A stretch of 64,000 nucleotides of DNA from the human T2T-CHM13v2.0 reference genome, Homo sapiens. A program made the translations under genes and the position numbers. Of this stretch, positions 45,241 to 59,500 are shown piece after piece; within the stretch, counting starts at the first letter, position 1; each line of letters begins with the position of its first letter. Below the pieces are notes generated by a model. That model made no database searches. It had not been told where the DNA came from and worked only from the letters and a program-made list of their open reading frames with translations. The stretch lies in assembly GCF_009914755.1 (NCBI RefSeq), contig NC_060947.1. One strand, given 5' to 3'.

Positions 45241-46857
45241 AAATCCCCTTACATCTGGCTTTACTTGCTAAAATTCCTCTTAGTCTTTCTTGCCAATTAT
45301 TTTATTGTTTAGCTTCAAGAGTCTGGCTTTTTCCCACAAATATGAATTTAGCTTCAGAGTTAAAATCATGAAACACTCTGTTAAATATGTGCTCCATGAC
45401 CTCTAATTTGGATTTTTTTTGTCAACTTGGCCTCAAAAACAGAATACAGAGCCAGTCACATTCTATTTAGCTACAACCAATAGTCTCCCTGATTTCCCAG
45501 AAAGTACCATTCTCAGTCATTCTTACACCTAAAACACTAGACCATCACCCTGAATACTTTACCCATTTTTGTTATTTTCTTAGAGTCCATAAAGAGAAAA
45601 TAGGTACAAGCAACCAGACTTATGCAATTTCACATACAAATAATGCCAAGCTAGGTTTTCTTCATATTTTAGTGAAACTTACATTAATTGCAAAGAATAA
45701 TAAACGTGAAATAATCTGTGATGTAGGAAATGTTTTTTGGCCTTGAAAATTAAGCTGATTTACTTGTGTTTGGAAGTAAAATCTAAGATGAATACTGCTA
45801 CTTCTGTATATTTTTCACTGCAATAATTTTAAAGACTTTCATCTTAATAACACCAACTCAATAGCTGGACACCTCTTTAAAACATAAAATCTAGCTCTTT
45901 GAGCTAGCAGATCCATTTGGTAATAAATAAAATTTGCTTATTTTCTCTGCTTTTTTCCTGTAAAAATTTAACTTTCTATATTTTCCATTTCTAGTGATAG
46001 CATTCAGAAATATATGTGTTTGTATAATTACCCATACAAACCATTAGTGTGAACTGAAAACATTCATCAGAAATGTTTAATCCCATAAAACTAAATGATT
46101 CATCAAAAAAGTTTATCAAATGTATACTACACACCAAAATTAGGAACCTAAGTTTTGATAGTAAACACTTTTCCAATTTTAAATAAACCAAATTCAACAA
46201 TTTGTTAATTAACTGATATATATCAATAAGCAAAAGTTTTAATCTGAAGTTAAAATACCTTTGTGCCTATGCTTTTTGATTTTATTTGATAATGATCATT
46301 TTCTTCAATATTGGATGTGATGCTGCTTGTGTTTATTTTAGATCAATTTCCTTCAATAATTGAGTCCATATCACTTTCCTAAAGAGTTTTCATTATTAAA
46401 CAAAGCTCTCCATTTAATTCTATTAGATTTTTAAGCCTCTAAAAAGTAACCCTAGAATTTAAATTAGATGTACTTGCTGATATACCATCTAATATAATTC
46501 AAACATTTTACATGCTACAAATATTTGCTAGAAGTACATTCATCACTGTAAATTGATCAATGAGTTCATCTAAAGTTTGACATCCTTTCTGTATTAGAAT
46601 AAGAGCTAAAGATGCAAAGCCATACCATTGAAAATTAGGTCTTCGATTGTCACACATTAAAATCACAGGAAGTAAACAAATCAGCAAAAGTGTAACCCTG
46701 CATTTGACAGGTAAACATACTGAACATCTGAGGCATCTTAACATGAACCAACCCCCTACTCATGGTATGAAATTAAAACATATATCAGAATCGATTTTAT
46801 TGCACCTAAACAATGCAAACAACCTTTCCATTAATTGTATTTAAGCCCAGTGACTAG

Positions 46858-47278
<421 letters not shown>

Positions 47279-47409
47279 ATGTTAATTTTTTCTACCTCAG
47301 TTTAGCTATCAGTAAACTTATATGACATATCTGGGAATCACTGGTTATTTCTCAATTTATGGACTAATTATTTTACTTTTCTAAAGAGGTTTGGGATTGC
47401 TGAAAACAT

Positions 47410-47487
47410 AACATTAAAAACTGGGATCTTAGGAGTAGGATATTTACATGGTCTCAAAGTGTCTCCCAGTGGATTATTTACTAGTTG

Positions 47488-47533
<46 letters not shown>

Positions 47534-48220
47534 CCAGAAAACCAAGAGTTATACAGGGGAAAATGAGAAAACACCTTGATTTTATCATCAAAATTAACGT
47601 CCAATGAGGGGCAAATGGATACTGCATACCTCCAGATGTGATACCCTAAGAAGGACATACTATCACCTAAGCAGTACTCTGGCTAAAATGCTTAATCTCA
47701 ATTGAATTAAGAAAAACCATCAAGCAAACCCAAAATTGTGAATGCTTATTTTAAAATTAGAAAGTGGACTCTTGTCTTCAAAAATTCTAATGTCATAAAA
47801 CACAAAGAAAGTCTCTGGAAATGTTCTAGATTAAAAGAGACTAAGAAGACATGCCAATGCTGTAACTGACCCTAGACTGGATTCTCTACGGAAGGAAAAA
47901 ATGAACATATTTTTTACTTAAAAAATTGGAATATGGACAGTAGATTAGCTAAAGTATTGTATTAATGTTACATTTACTGCAGTTCATTACTGTCAGTATA
48001 TAAGAAAATATCCCTATTCTTAGGAAATAGGTGTAAAGTGCCAGGGTACATACTCTCAAATGGCTCAGAAAACTGTGTGTGTGTGGGAAAGAAAGAACAA
48101 ATGATAAAGCAAATGGAGCAAAATGAATCGGAGGATAGGATATATGGAGTCATTTGTACTAGTGTTATTCTTGCAAACTTTCTATAAGTTTGAAGTTGTT
48201 TCCAAATAAAAAATTTTAAG
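47410..48220 (+). mobile_element. Old L1M (L1MC/MD-like) 3' fragment containing (CA)n at about 47490-47530
   Basis: agattaaaagagactaa...gaccctagactggatt...ttgtactagtgttattcttgcaaactttctataagtttgaa. Confidence 0.65.
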
Positions 48221-48579
48221 CAACGCAACTAAAATCGGACTATAAGTACATATTTGCTTTCCCTTTTGAAGACAACAAAGTCAGTAAATATGTATTGAGA
48301 AAACAACAGCATGCATTAATCAAGGCACTGGGGATATAGTAGTGTATAAGAAAAATGGAATATATGCTGTCAACATGTTAAATTCTAGTTGGGGAAGATG
48401 AAAAACACACAAAATAATAATTTTAAATAGTGATAATGCCTTGAAGAAGATAAATGTGGATAATACAGATAGTGAATGTACTGCTTTAGTTAAGGTGGTC
48501 AGAGATGGCCTTTCTAAAGAATGTCATTCCAGTTGAGACGTGAACAAAGAAGGAAGCAGCTATGCAGGTATTTGGGGGA

Positions 48580-49020
48580 AACAATCCAAATGTCCATCAA
48601 CTGACAATGAATAAACCAATGTAGGAACATACAATGGAATATTACTCAGCCATCAGATGGAATGAAGTACTGATTCATGCTACAACATGTAAGAGTCTTC
48701 TAAACTTTATGCTAAGTGAAAGGAGACAGTCATAAAAGGCCATATATTGTATTCCTTTTGTATGAAATGTTCCAAATAGGCAAATCCATAGAGAGACAAA
48801 GTAAATTAGTGCTTGCCTGAGACTGGGGAACGGGATAAGGTGTGTCTACTAATTGGTATAATTTCTTCATTTAGCGTGATAAAAGTATTCTAGAATTACA
48901 CAGTGGTGATGGTTGGACAGCCTTGTGAAATATACTAAAAACAACTGAATTGTACACACTTTAAATGGATAAATTTAAGATCTGTGAACTATATCTCATT
49001 CAAGCTGTTTAAAAAAAGAA
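48580..49020 (+). mobile_element. L1MB-like 3' fragment
   Basis: ccaaatgtccatcaactga...aatgaagtactgattcatgctacaacatg...gtggtgatggttggacagccttgtgaa. Confidence 0.8.
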
Positions 49021-51093
49021 GGAGGTAATAGATAATGGAAAAGCGGTCAATAGTCTGGAATATGAAAAGGTCCAAGAGTATGGCCATGAGATTGATAAGG
49101 CTGAGGAATAGAAAAATATCCTTACAGCTAAAAAAGGTCACAGAACTTGAGACCAGTTTTGTTGGACGGGTCATCTCAGGGATTCTGAAGTTACCAAGAA
49201 TGTTAACATATGACTGACAAACTCAATGTCAGTGTCTTTGAGAACAAGGAAAATGACAAAACACTTACTAATTGAATTATCTGTAGCAAATGCTGCATCT
49301 TGGGCTGCCATCTCGGGCTTTTCCCTATTCATCAGCAAAAGCATTCTAAGAATATTTATGCATGTATTCATATATCACACACCTCAGTAATCAAATGCAT
49401 CTCTCTAAATGTAACGTGTTTAGAGGCATGGTCAAATGAAGAATTTTTCCATTTAATATTTATATTTCTCATATTTAGTTTGTTTAAAACAGTAATTCTT
49501 AACTGATTTTACAATGGCCAAAAATTTGCAATATGTGTTGAAAAATTATAAAATTTTAAAAACCAAGCTAAATGCATTAAATATAACCTAAATATTAACT
49601 TAGGCATGTAACATTCTTAAAGGAAAGCAAATCTAAGTTGTCAAAGAATAAAACAAGTGAAGCTAAGGTGTCACAACTGCTAAGGGGCTGGTATTGTTTC
49701 ATTTGTCACTATTTCTGATAGTGACTCCTTCAAAGGAGATTGTATTATGAGATGTTCTGAGTGATAGGTAAGAACAACTCTATGTAATGAGAGAAGAAAC
49801 GGTAAATTTAAGGTATGTGAAAATAATCCAGTAGAGAAGAAAAATATGTCCCCTTAGTTCAGATTGCAATCTGACTGAGCCGTTGGGATCAGTAACACAA
49901 GCTGTCTCATTCCCATGGCATCAAGCTGACTCTCAGAAAGAGGACTGCTTTCTGGTCTTGCATCTAGTTTGCTATGGTAGTCCCAGGACTACAAAACGTG
50001 ACAGTAAAATCACTCCTACAAGTTTTCCCTGGAAATCCATGAATGAAAAAGGCTTGTCAAAGGATTTCTACTTGTCTATACGTTTTGTCTGCCCCAACTT
50101 CAACCCAAGCAATACTGTGTATTGTGAAAAAGGAAAACTAGAATTTTTTGAAAGGTAAGTAATTATATGGGTAGAACTGCTGCTAATGAGTTCTAGAACA
50201 TTCCAAAATAAAAAAAATAATAGTAATGCTTTTGGTTTAACTTTGAGTTTTTGCTATCCTGTTTCTAATATCTGTTATTTCTTATTAAAGTAGACATAGA
50301 ACGGGAATTTTTTTTATATTTAAGACACTTGACTTTCTATAGTCAATGATTATTTATTTCAAGCAGTTTTAAAACATTTATTACAAATAGCTTTATGTTA
50401 TTAAATATTCATACTGTGAAGTTTTGAGGAACTCTCAAAAGCTTGTGTACAACTCCTTATTATTGCTAAAGAAAACCAAAGGTAAGAACAAAATTATCTC
50501 TGCACAACAAATAACAACTTTCTTGCAGTCCCAGAAAGACTCAGCATATATCATGGACAAAAGTAAATATGTTATGAAATAATGGCTAATTATGATTCTC
50601 TGTGCCACAGATGTGCCTACATCAAGTCTGTCCCCCATGGCAACAAGAAAAAAAAAGGGCGGGGAAGGGAGGGTGCAGTGCAAGAATTCTGAGATTAATC
50701 ATGGAAAGTAAATTGCTATCTCTGTAACAATAACAATGTGGAGGTGTCGTTTCTTTATTTAATGGACAAAAGGGAGAAAATAAATGGCAAAAACTATAAA
50801 GTTGAATTCAACCCCCCCAAAATTGAGGGATATAGAAGTAGAAATGCAAAAGAAGGTAGAATAAAGAAAAAGAGATAAAATAAGAACGCTCTTCCAGGGA
50901 TCAGCATTTTCCATCATCTCAAGAAATATTCCTTCAAAAATGTAAAGGCAATTTGCTTGCAAGAACAGAAAAACATTGGTATCAGGAATTTGGAACAAAT
51001 GATTAAGTGCATATAAACTCATGGTTTCTGACTTCAGTGGCGTGTCCTCAGTGCCTCAGTGCTATTCAACAACCATTTTTCTTAAGCTCAGAT

Positions 51094-51254
51094 CAGTGGT
51101 TTTCATAAGCATTAGCTGGGGAGCTTTCGAAAATATTCATGCGTAGATCCCACCCTTGGATATTGATATAATTGGTCCAAATGTAACACAAAGAATGGAA
51201 TTTCTTAAAGTTCCTCAGGTAATTCTGATGGGTACCTAAGGCTGAGAATCATTA
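51094..51254. mobile_element. MER5A-like hAT relic
   Basis: cagtggttttca...ggggagctt..aaaatat...aagttcctcaggtaattctgatg...ggctgagaatca. Confidence 0.7.
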
Positions 51255-51267
51255 TCTGATTACAATC

Positions 51268-51499
51268 TAGGGGTCAGCAAACTTTCTGGGAGGTAAAGGG
51301 GACAAGTTATTTAGTAAATAATTTAGGCTTTGTGGGCCATAAGGGCTCTGTTGCAACTATTCAACTCTGCTGTTGCAGTGCAAAAGCAGCCGTAGACAAT
51401 AAGTAAATGAATGGGTGTGGCTGCGTTCCAATAAAACTTTATTTTCATAAACAGGTAGTGGGCTGGATTTGACCCACGGCCTTAGCTTACCTACTCCTG
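51268..51499. mobile_element. MER58A hAT relic
   Basis: aggggtcagcaaacttt...aggctttgtgggccata...aaagcagcc...gttccaataaaactttatt. Confidence 0.85.
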
Positions 51500-51589
51500 T
51501 TTATTAAACTGTTTCCATTCCCCTTGCCCAAAACAGTTGTTCCCACCCCTGTTTACCTGTGGTTACCCCCATACCTTTGACTTTCAGTA

Positions 51590-52740
51590 GGTGACCTCTT
51601 ATTCTACTTTAATGGAAAAATGCAGATCATCTGGTAGAAAATTCTTCTACTTCCTTGTCTATTACTTGCAGACTCAGTAAACCTATGTCTGCATCTGTCC
51701 TCATCTCTTTGTCTCCTATTAGAGATTCAGTGTCCCTTCTTTTCAAGATGAATGTAATTCTTTCACTTATACTTAATTCCATCACCCTTCCATCTCTTCT
51801 GCAGCTCGACTCCATAAAGAATACCATTTCTTATGTCTGTAATCACTCCCTTTCTATTTGTTCATTTCTTTTACTTAACAAATATGTTCAAGTGACATCC
51901 TTAACCAAAGAATCCTCAGTCTTCCTCAACCCTGTGTTCTGCCCTAAATACACACCCACCCTTCCCTTCCCTTCCCTTAGAAATTCTATACCTGTTGCCT
52001 CTACTTCCTCTCATCCCATTTACTCCTCAAGCCACTAGAATCTGGCTTCTGTTCCCAATATTCCACCAAAACTGTTTTTGTTAAGATCACCCACAACATA
52101 TGAAACATTTCACATTGCTGACTCTTCTTAAAACTCCTTCCCCATTTAGCTTTTGCAATACCACTATATCTGCCATAATTAGTTATTCTTCCTCTGCTGG
52201 TCACTTTCATGCTGTTATTTTCTAACATTATTTGACAAGCTCTCTCCTCTTCTTATGCTACATATTTTCATAACTATTTCCATGGCATGGACTGCTACCT
52301 ACATGTGATAACTCCCGAGTTTTATTTCTAGTTCATGTCCCTTTCTCAAGTGCTAGGTTCATATTTTCAAATATCCCTTGAAAGCTATACTCAGGTAACT
52401 TCCTCAAATCTGCTTTTTCCCGCTTTATTCAGCCTAAATGCCAGAGGCAAAATTCCCCCTCTCCCTCATGACGCCTGATAATCCACTGAGCACTTCTGAC
52501 TTCTGTGAAGGTTTTTTTTTTAATTCTTACCTGAAGACACCTCATTCTCATCTGTGCAGTGAATGGCAACCATACATGTTTAACCATGTATGGTGGTCCT
52601 GCTTTCCTTCCAAATCCAATCAGCCACCAAATCCTGATGATTCTACCTCTAAAATATCTCAGCAATCCATCTCCTTTTAGCCATTCCCACTGCAACTGCT
52701 TTTTAAGCAGACTGTAGTCATCCCTCACCAATTTTTTTTA
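51590..52740 (+). mobile_element. Old L2 fragment
   Basis: Pyrimidine-rich L2 motifs (aatctggcttctgttccc...ttccaccaaaactgttttt..taagatcacc; ttctacctctaaaatatctc). Confidence 0.6.
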
Positions 52741-54498
52741 ACTTGCCCACATCAGTAGCCCCTTACCTCCTTTGCTTACTTTTGCTTTCTCTTTAGGTCA
52801 TTGTCCTGTTCTGTCTTCTCTTTGCTAAGAGGCACTTTGCAAAATTGCATATAGCATTTTGTAGTAGAAGTGCCATGGTTTTACGCAAGGGAAGAGTGAT
52901 CCTTCCTCTTTGGTTGCTGTCTCTTCTTGATGAAACATGATATTTCATTAAGCTTTTGATCTCAGCAATATAAGTTGCTGAAGTTATTAGGATAGAACTC
53001 CATCCTAAGTAATCTGGGCACCACACTTTAAATAAGATGACAACAAAATGAAGTGCCCACTGAGGATGGTGATCAACTTGGTGAATGGATTCCCAGCCAC
53101 AATTAATAAGGAGTAATTGGAAGAATTGCAAAATTAATTCTAAAGAGGATTCTGATTTATTTCCTGGAGCAGACTAATTTGGATATTCTTTCCATATATG
53201 AACTCCAGGATCATCAAGCAGGCATATTTCCTCCTTAACAAAAACATAGTTCCTTTTCTCTAATAGAAACACTTACTTAAGGCTTCTTTTTTCTTAATAG
53301 GAAATACATACAAGATGTGCCACATTTGGATGTATATTGGCCCACCCATCACGGAAAGGAAGTTCACCAATCTACAGTCCTCATTTCCCTGGGAAGCCTT
53401 TCTAGAAATGAGCTCACATTGACATTTACCAGTTTGCTGGAATAATGATTAATTTGAATGGTAGGCTATGCATTTTCAATGCTGGTTCCTTAAGTGTAAT
53501 GCTGAGTGCCCTAATTTTCTTGAGTGGGGGCACCTGACATATAACCCAAGTTAAATAATTTTCCACATTCTTACTTAAATATTATTTCCAAAGTACGTTC
53601 TTCAATTGTGATGTTGCAAAATTTATATTTAGTTAGCTTTTCTCATCAGGGCACCATAACGGTGACTGCAACCCATTGAAATTCTGGATGATTTATCAGT
53701 AATTATTTCACATGATATCTGGCATGTGCTTTCTCAAAAGTATGCCCAGTATATTCCGTTTCCTTATCATGCCTTCACAATATTTTCAGAAAGCGTCTAT
53801 TTTATTAAAAAACCTACCTTTGTATCTGGTCCTGCTGAGGCAGTCTGTTGATCTAAAGGAAATTACTTAAAATCCTTCATTATTAAATTATCTTACCTTA
53901 GTACACAAATCTAAAATAAAATCCCCTTTCCTATCTTTTATAGTAGCACTCTAGTAATAAAATGACGTATTTCATGAACTTTGCCATAAAATCACATTTT
54001 TCATTTAGTAAAAAGAGCAAACCCCCATATTTATTAAGCAACCAGACCACTGAAATTGCCTGATAGGAAAACTGATAGTGACCAGGGTTTGAGGTATATG
54101 CTGATAATTCTCTTTTTTTCATAATCTTTTCTCATCATATGAAACAAACTACCTGATTTACCAAATAAACAGGCCCTCTGGGGCCTTACTCTATTCCCAC
54201 CTCTTTCCCATCTTGGCCTCTGCAAAACAGGGTTATCATATGGTTTCCACCATATCTGCCAAGAGTCTTCCTGCACACCTGGCTTTGAAAGAAATTCAGG
54301 AAACAAGCAAGCAAGAGTGGTTAAAGGTAGTGTTTCACCTGAAGTTTGAGGAACAGATTTTTATTGTTATACTAACAACCTGCTTCAAGACTTGCTAGTA
54401 AGAAGTTCGACAAGCAATTTTCTCCATTTTAAACATTCTTTTCCTTTATTAAAATACATGAATTCAAAACAAAGATTTAAAAAATACTCATATATTAC

Positions 54499-54722
54499 GC
54501 TGGGCACGGTGGCTCACGCCTGTAATCCCAGCAACTTGGGAGGCCATGGCAGGCGGATCATTCGAGACCAGGAGTTCGAGACTAGCCTGGCCAACGTGGT
54601 GAAACCCATCTCTGCTAAAAATATGGAGTGTCACCACGGCACTCCAGCCTGGGCCACAGAGCAAGATTCTATCTCAAATAAATAAATAAATTAATTAATT
54701 AATTAATTAAGTTAAAATAAAA
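54499..54722 (+). mobile_element. AluS with internal deletion of the 5' part of the right arm; (AAAT)/(TAAT) tail
   Basis: Left arm intact to the A-linker (about 54623), then jumps to ...cactccagcctggg. Confidence 0.9.
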
Positions 54723-55471
54723 ATTCATATATCAAATAGTCTCTTATAATCTGAAACTAGATCTGCCAATAAGAATAAAATCTTAACCCTAATACTGTAT
54801 CATTTTGCTTATATCTAAATGTTAACTTTTTTTAAAGTTTAATTTGGCCCCATGTTCCATATTGAATTGTAATCTACATTGTTTATACATTCATCTGAGA
54901 AAAAGTTCCATTTTTCATTCTGTTCACTCCAAAGTTACAAGAAAAAGACAAGCAGGAATTTATAGGTAAGGAAAGGTTAAATAGTGCTTATATTTAAAGC
55001 AGAAGCAATCAGGAATCCTGTTCAATTAAACTGAAGATAAGAAATAGAACTCTAGAAACCCTTCAAGAACTGGTTTTCATGTCCTCGAGCTGATCTGAGG
55101 GAGAGATCTCATGTTTTTTTAGGAGTAAACCTGGATAAATATATGTTCAACTGAGTTATAGAAATGACTTTGTTTCCCACAGCTGCAAAGCAAGGCAGCA
55201 AGACAGACCATTATATGCTACATAAGATGACCCAAATGACACTGTATTAAAAAATGTTCAGTGAATCTTTGATTATATACTAAAATGCTTGCTTCAAATA
55301 ACTGATTAGTAATAGATATATTTTTCACAGAAAGTTAATCTGTCCTTTCAATGAAATATTTCCATCAACATTCTTCTCCTCATCACAGAAATCTGTAATG
55401 ATAACACATATAAAGCACATTTTCTTTCATATTGGATGAAAACTAGAATAGTCAAAACATGCACACAGTCA

Positions 55472-55639
<168 letters not shown>

Positions 55640-56213
55640 TCAATGTTTCCAGCAGGACTGCCTGGTCCTCCAAAAGTAGTGTGTAGTTGGTGAGGGTATG
55701 CATATATGTCTGTTTATGTAGACATGCATACACATACAGACCCCCACAAACACACCCACACATACCCCGAGGCAGACAGATAGGTCTCATTCTACCTTTT
55801 AGTGTATTTAATTTCATGGTTGCAGCCAGGTAACTGGAGCTGTAACTACATATTATTTAACAGCCTGGAGAAAATGGAAGGCTTTTGGTCACAATTTCAT
55901 GGTTTTTACAGTGTTGGAGGTGGGGAATCTTGATGCTTCTGGAAAGATACAGTCCCAAGAATTGTTCTGTACATTAAATAGTGTCATTCTCAACAAATTA
56001 AGGTTTTAAACTGCTCCCCAAGATAACTGCTGAAATTCTCACAGTCATATTTAAAATCTACCTGTTGGGTAGAGAGTCCTAGACTTTTAGAAGAGTCCAA
56101 TGCCCTCATCTAAATTATCTGTGTTATTCCAAATACAAGAACTCCAAAATAAATTCAGGTCTTGTAAAAAGAAAAAGTCATTTTGTAGTCCTATGTTTCC
56201 AGAGTAGTATTTC

Positions 56214-56510
<297 letters not shown>

Positions 56511-59500
56511 TCAGAGTAGTATTTCTTAAAGGACCAACATTTTCCAAGATTAGAGTTGAGAGGGCTCCTAGCTTTTAGTCTCCAAGAACAAAGGACATAG
56601 GAATAAAAATAATGAACTTGAAAGAGGTTTATTTTATTATTTTATTATTATTATTTTAGCAAAATAGTTGCAAGTGGGCAGCCAGTTGGTGCCAGTGAGG
56701 ACTTCATTTCTCCATTTGAAGATCTGACTGCGTGAAACTTACACCCAGGCTTTCCTCACAACCACACACCACTCACTGGAGACAACTAGTGGGTGTCCTC
56801 CCACTACCAGCTGTCTACTCCCTCCCACACTGTGAATAAAAATAAAACAGTACATTTTTAAAACGTAGTGCTTGCCACACACATCTTTTGAAAATAGCCT
56901 GTGCACCTTTCTCTCAGGAGTCGTAGACCAATGTTGATGATTTTGCCTTGTTTTGTAAGTTTATTGAGGATAATAAATCAGTCTGTTATGGTTTCTGTGA
57001 ACAAGAATGTAAAGGAGTCACCCTGTGGGTAAGAATAGTTTTTCTGGGATCGTTTATCTCTGTGCATATACATTCTGCTGCAGTAGGTGGGGTAATATGG
57101 ATGAGAAATACTAATGAAGACCTAAATATTCCTTGGTGAGCCTACAACGTATCGTTCCTTTAAAACCAGGGTGTTACCAAAGAGGAGCTAGGACATATTG
57201 TACGGTTCAAAAGACAAGTGTTCCTACCACATGCCACTGATGGCACTTCATTCAATACTCATCAAATTAAAAGCTGTGCCCTTCTGTTATGTGAGGTAAA
57301 GGAATGTAATTGCACAGATTGCAAGCCAAGATCTCATGCTATATTTGACAATGCAATACACAGGCAAGAAGTCTGACATCTCTGAGCATGTCATGTTTGT
57401 CATATCCCTTTCTGTTGACGATGTCTTGTTCACAGCAGGTGTTCAACACCCATTTGTGGATTGATAGCAATCTGTATGGTGAAAATATGATACTATGTTT
57501 TTGAAAAGTAAGAGACCACAATCCCATTTATATAAAAGCTCATACTTCAAAAAATCTGAGATCTAAAAAACTAAAGCAAAACTTCCAACATGGGGTTGGT
57601 TTAAAAGCCATATCACTACATACCACTTGACAACTATAATATCAGTATATGCTTGACACCTAGTTTAGTCATAGTAATAAATGACAGAGAATGATAAATG
57701 AAATTCAGAATTATTTATAGAACTTCAGTTTTTAAAATAATATTATGAACTTTCTTAGTTCTCTTAATGCAGCTTATAACAAGCACAAGAAAGAAACAGA
57801 GAGAGACTAAAAAAAACTGATTTGATTTTCACCGTGTTCTCCAATCACTCTGACTCAGGTTTTAATGAGCAATGAAATGTCTAAATTTCAAACATCAGAA
57901 AACAGAAGGAGGAATAGAAGAAAAAAACATCAGCAGTACATTCCTGTGATTATTTAATCTTGAATAATGGTATTAACTATATAGCAAAACTATGTACTTT
58001 TCACTATGTACTTTAAATTTCCATGAAGCCTGATTAAAAAACAAAAAACATCACCCCAAAATAAAAACTTGTTGAGAGTAGCGAATCTAGGGATTGACTG
58101 ATCATACTACTACGATCTTTTCATTTCTTTAAACATTCAAGATAGATCATAAACCGGGTTTGTTTAAAATATGTCTAAAGGGACAGTCTGCCCAGATAAA
58201 AATGCAAAGAAATTATATCAGGGGTGAGCTTAAACCAAATAAATATCCTCCTATGTGCTTTTGTTTCTCTATATCTGGTACCTTTCCTCATGGATTTAAT
58301 ATATTATTTTGATCAGGATAAAAATACTATAAACATGAGAAGAAAACAGTTGACTTCATTTATGGATTTAAAACACATTCATTAAATACCTAAAATCTCT
58401 TCTTCCATTTCAGTGAAAGTTTTGAAGAAGCTTTTAAAACATAAATGTGCCTGTGTTTCTTGTTTGTTCTCTGTTATGTCTGCATAAAAACAAACACCTT
58501 CTATTTGAAGGGCCACTTAATCAGAGCCATGTACCTAGTTGGCACCCAGTGTTTGCTGAAGGCAACACTGAAGCCATGCTTCTTCATCAGTTGGCCAAGG
58601 TCAATTTCTCAAAAGAGAATAATTAATGAAAGTATATATTAACGTAGGTTGGAAAGGCAACATGTTGAACTGATAATGCTACCTGAGTTTGAAGAGAAAG
58701 GGAAAACTAGTCTTTTAAAATGTCCTTCCTTGCACCCAGGGCAGACATAATAAAATTACTGCCATGGAATGTCTATCATCTTTTCCTTTTCAAGGGAAAA
58801 TACATAATTTACAATGGCTGATTTCCTCATGATGAGATTTTATTGAACTGACATTTATCATTGTAATAAATCTACGTAAGGTAAGGTGAAATGCATAATA
58901 TCAAACATATGTTTTCAGAAATGGATATATCTGGATAAATGTGAACTGATTTATCAGGACATTGCTTACTATGTCTGAATAAAAATAACGCAATTCAATC
59001 AAATTAAACTAAATGAGAAAATATGCTGAAAATAATGAAGGTTAATAAAAATAAGAAGAGTAAGAAAAATATAAACATAGTATCACGAATACATATTAGG
59101 GAAATATTATATACATGAGTGATAGTTGAAAAAAACAACTTGTATTCTCGTTATGCACAATTAAACAATTAATACCAATAAAACGGCTTGGTTTTAAGGA
59201 AAAAAAAAGAATACATTTGGATAGCTGGCCTTCATGATATACCAGTTTAATCATTAAACCTTCTTGTTTCATGATGGCTTATGCCCCACAATATCCTCAA
59301 TGGCAAAGCTGAGCTAGCTCACTAGCTTCTGGTCACTCTTAACATCAGGAGCAGATCCAAGCTCTACTGACTTGCTATTTCTATTGAGATACTTTCCATT
59401 TGTATGCATCAGGTTATGACAATACTTACCTTTAGTTGACTTACCTCTCTATTTTAATCTGCCTAAATACAGATTCCTGTTATCAGGCTATGTTCTTTAA

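Noticed and set aside
52880-53100. Possible L3/CR1 relic (ctgggcaccacactttaa)
   Set aside because: Only a short motif matches; too degraded to call without an HMM search.
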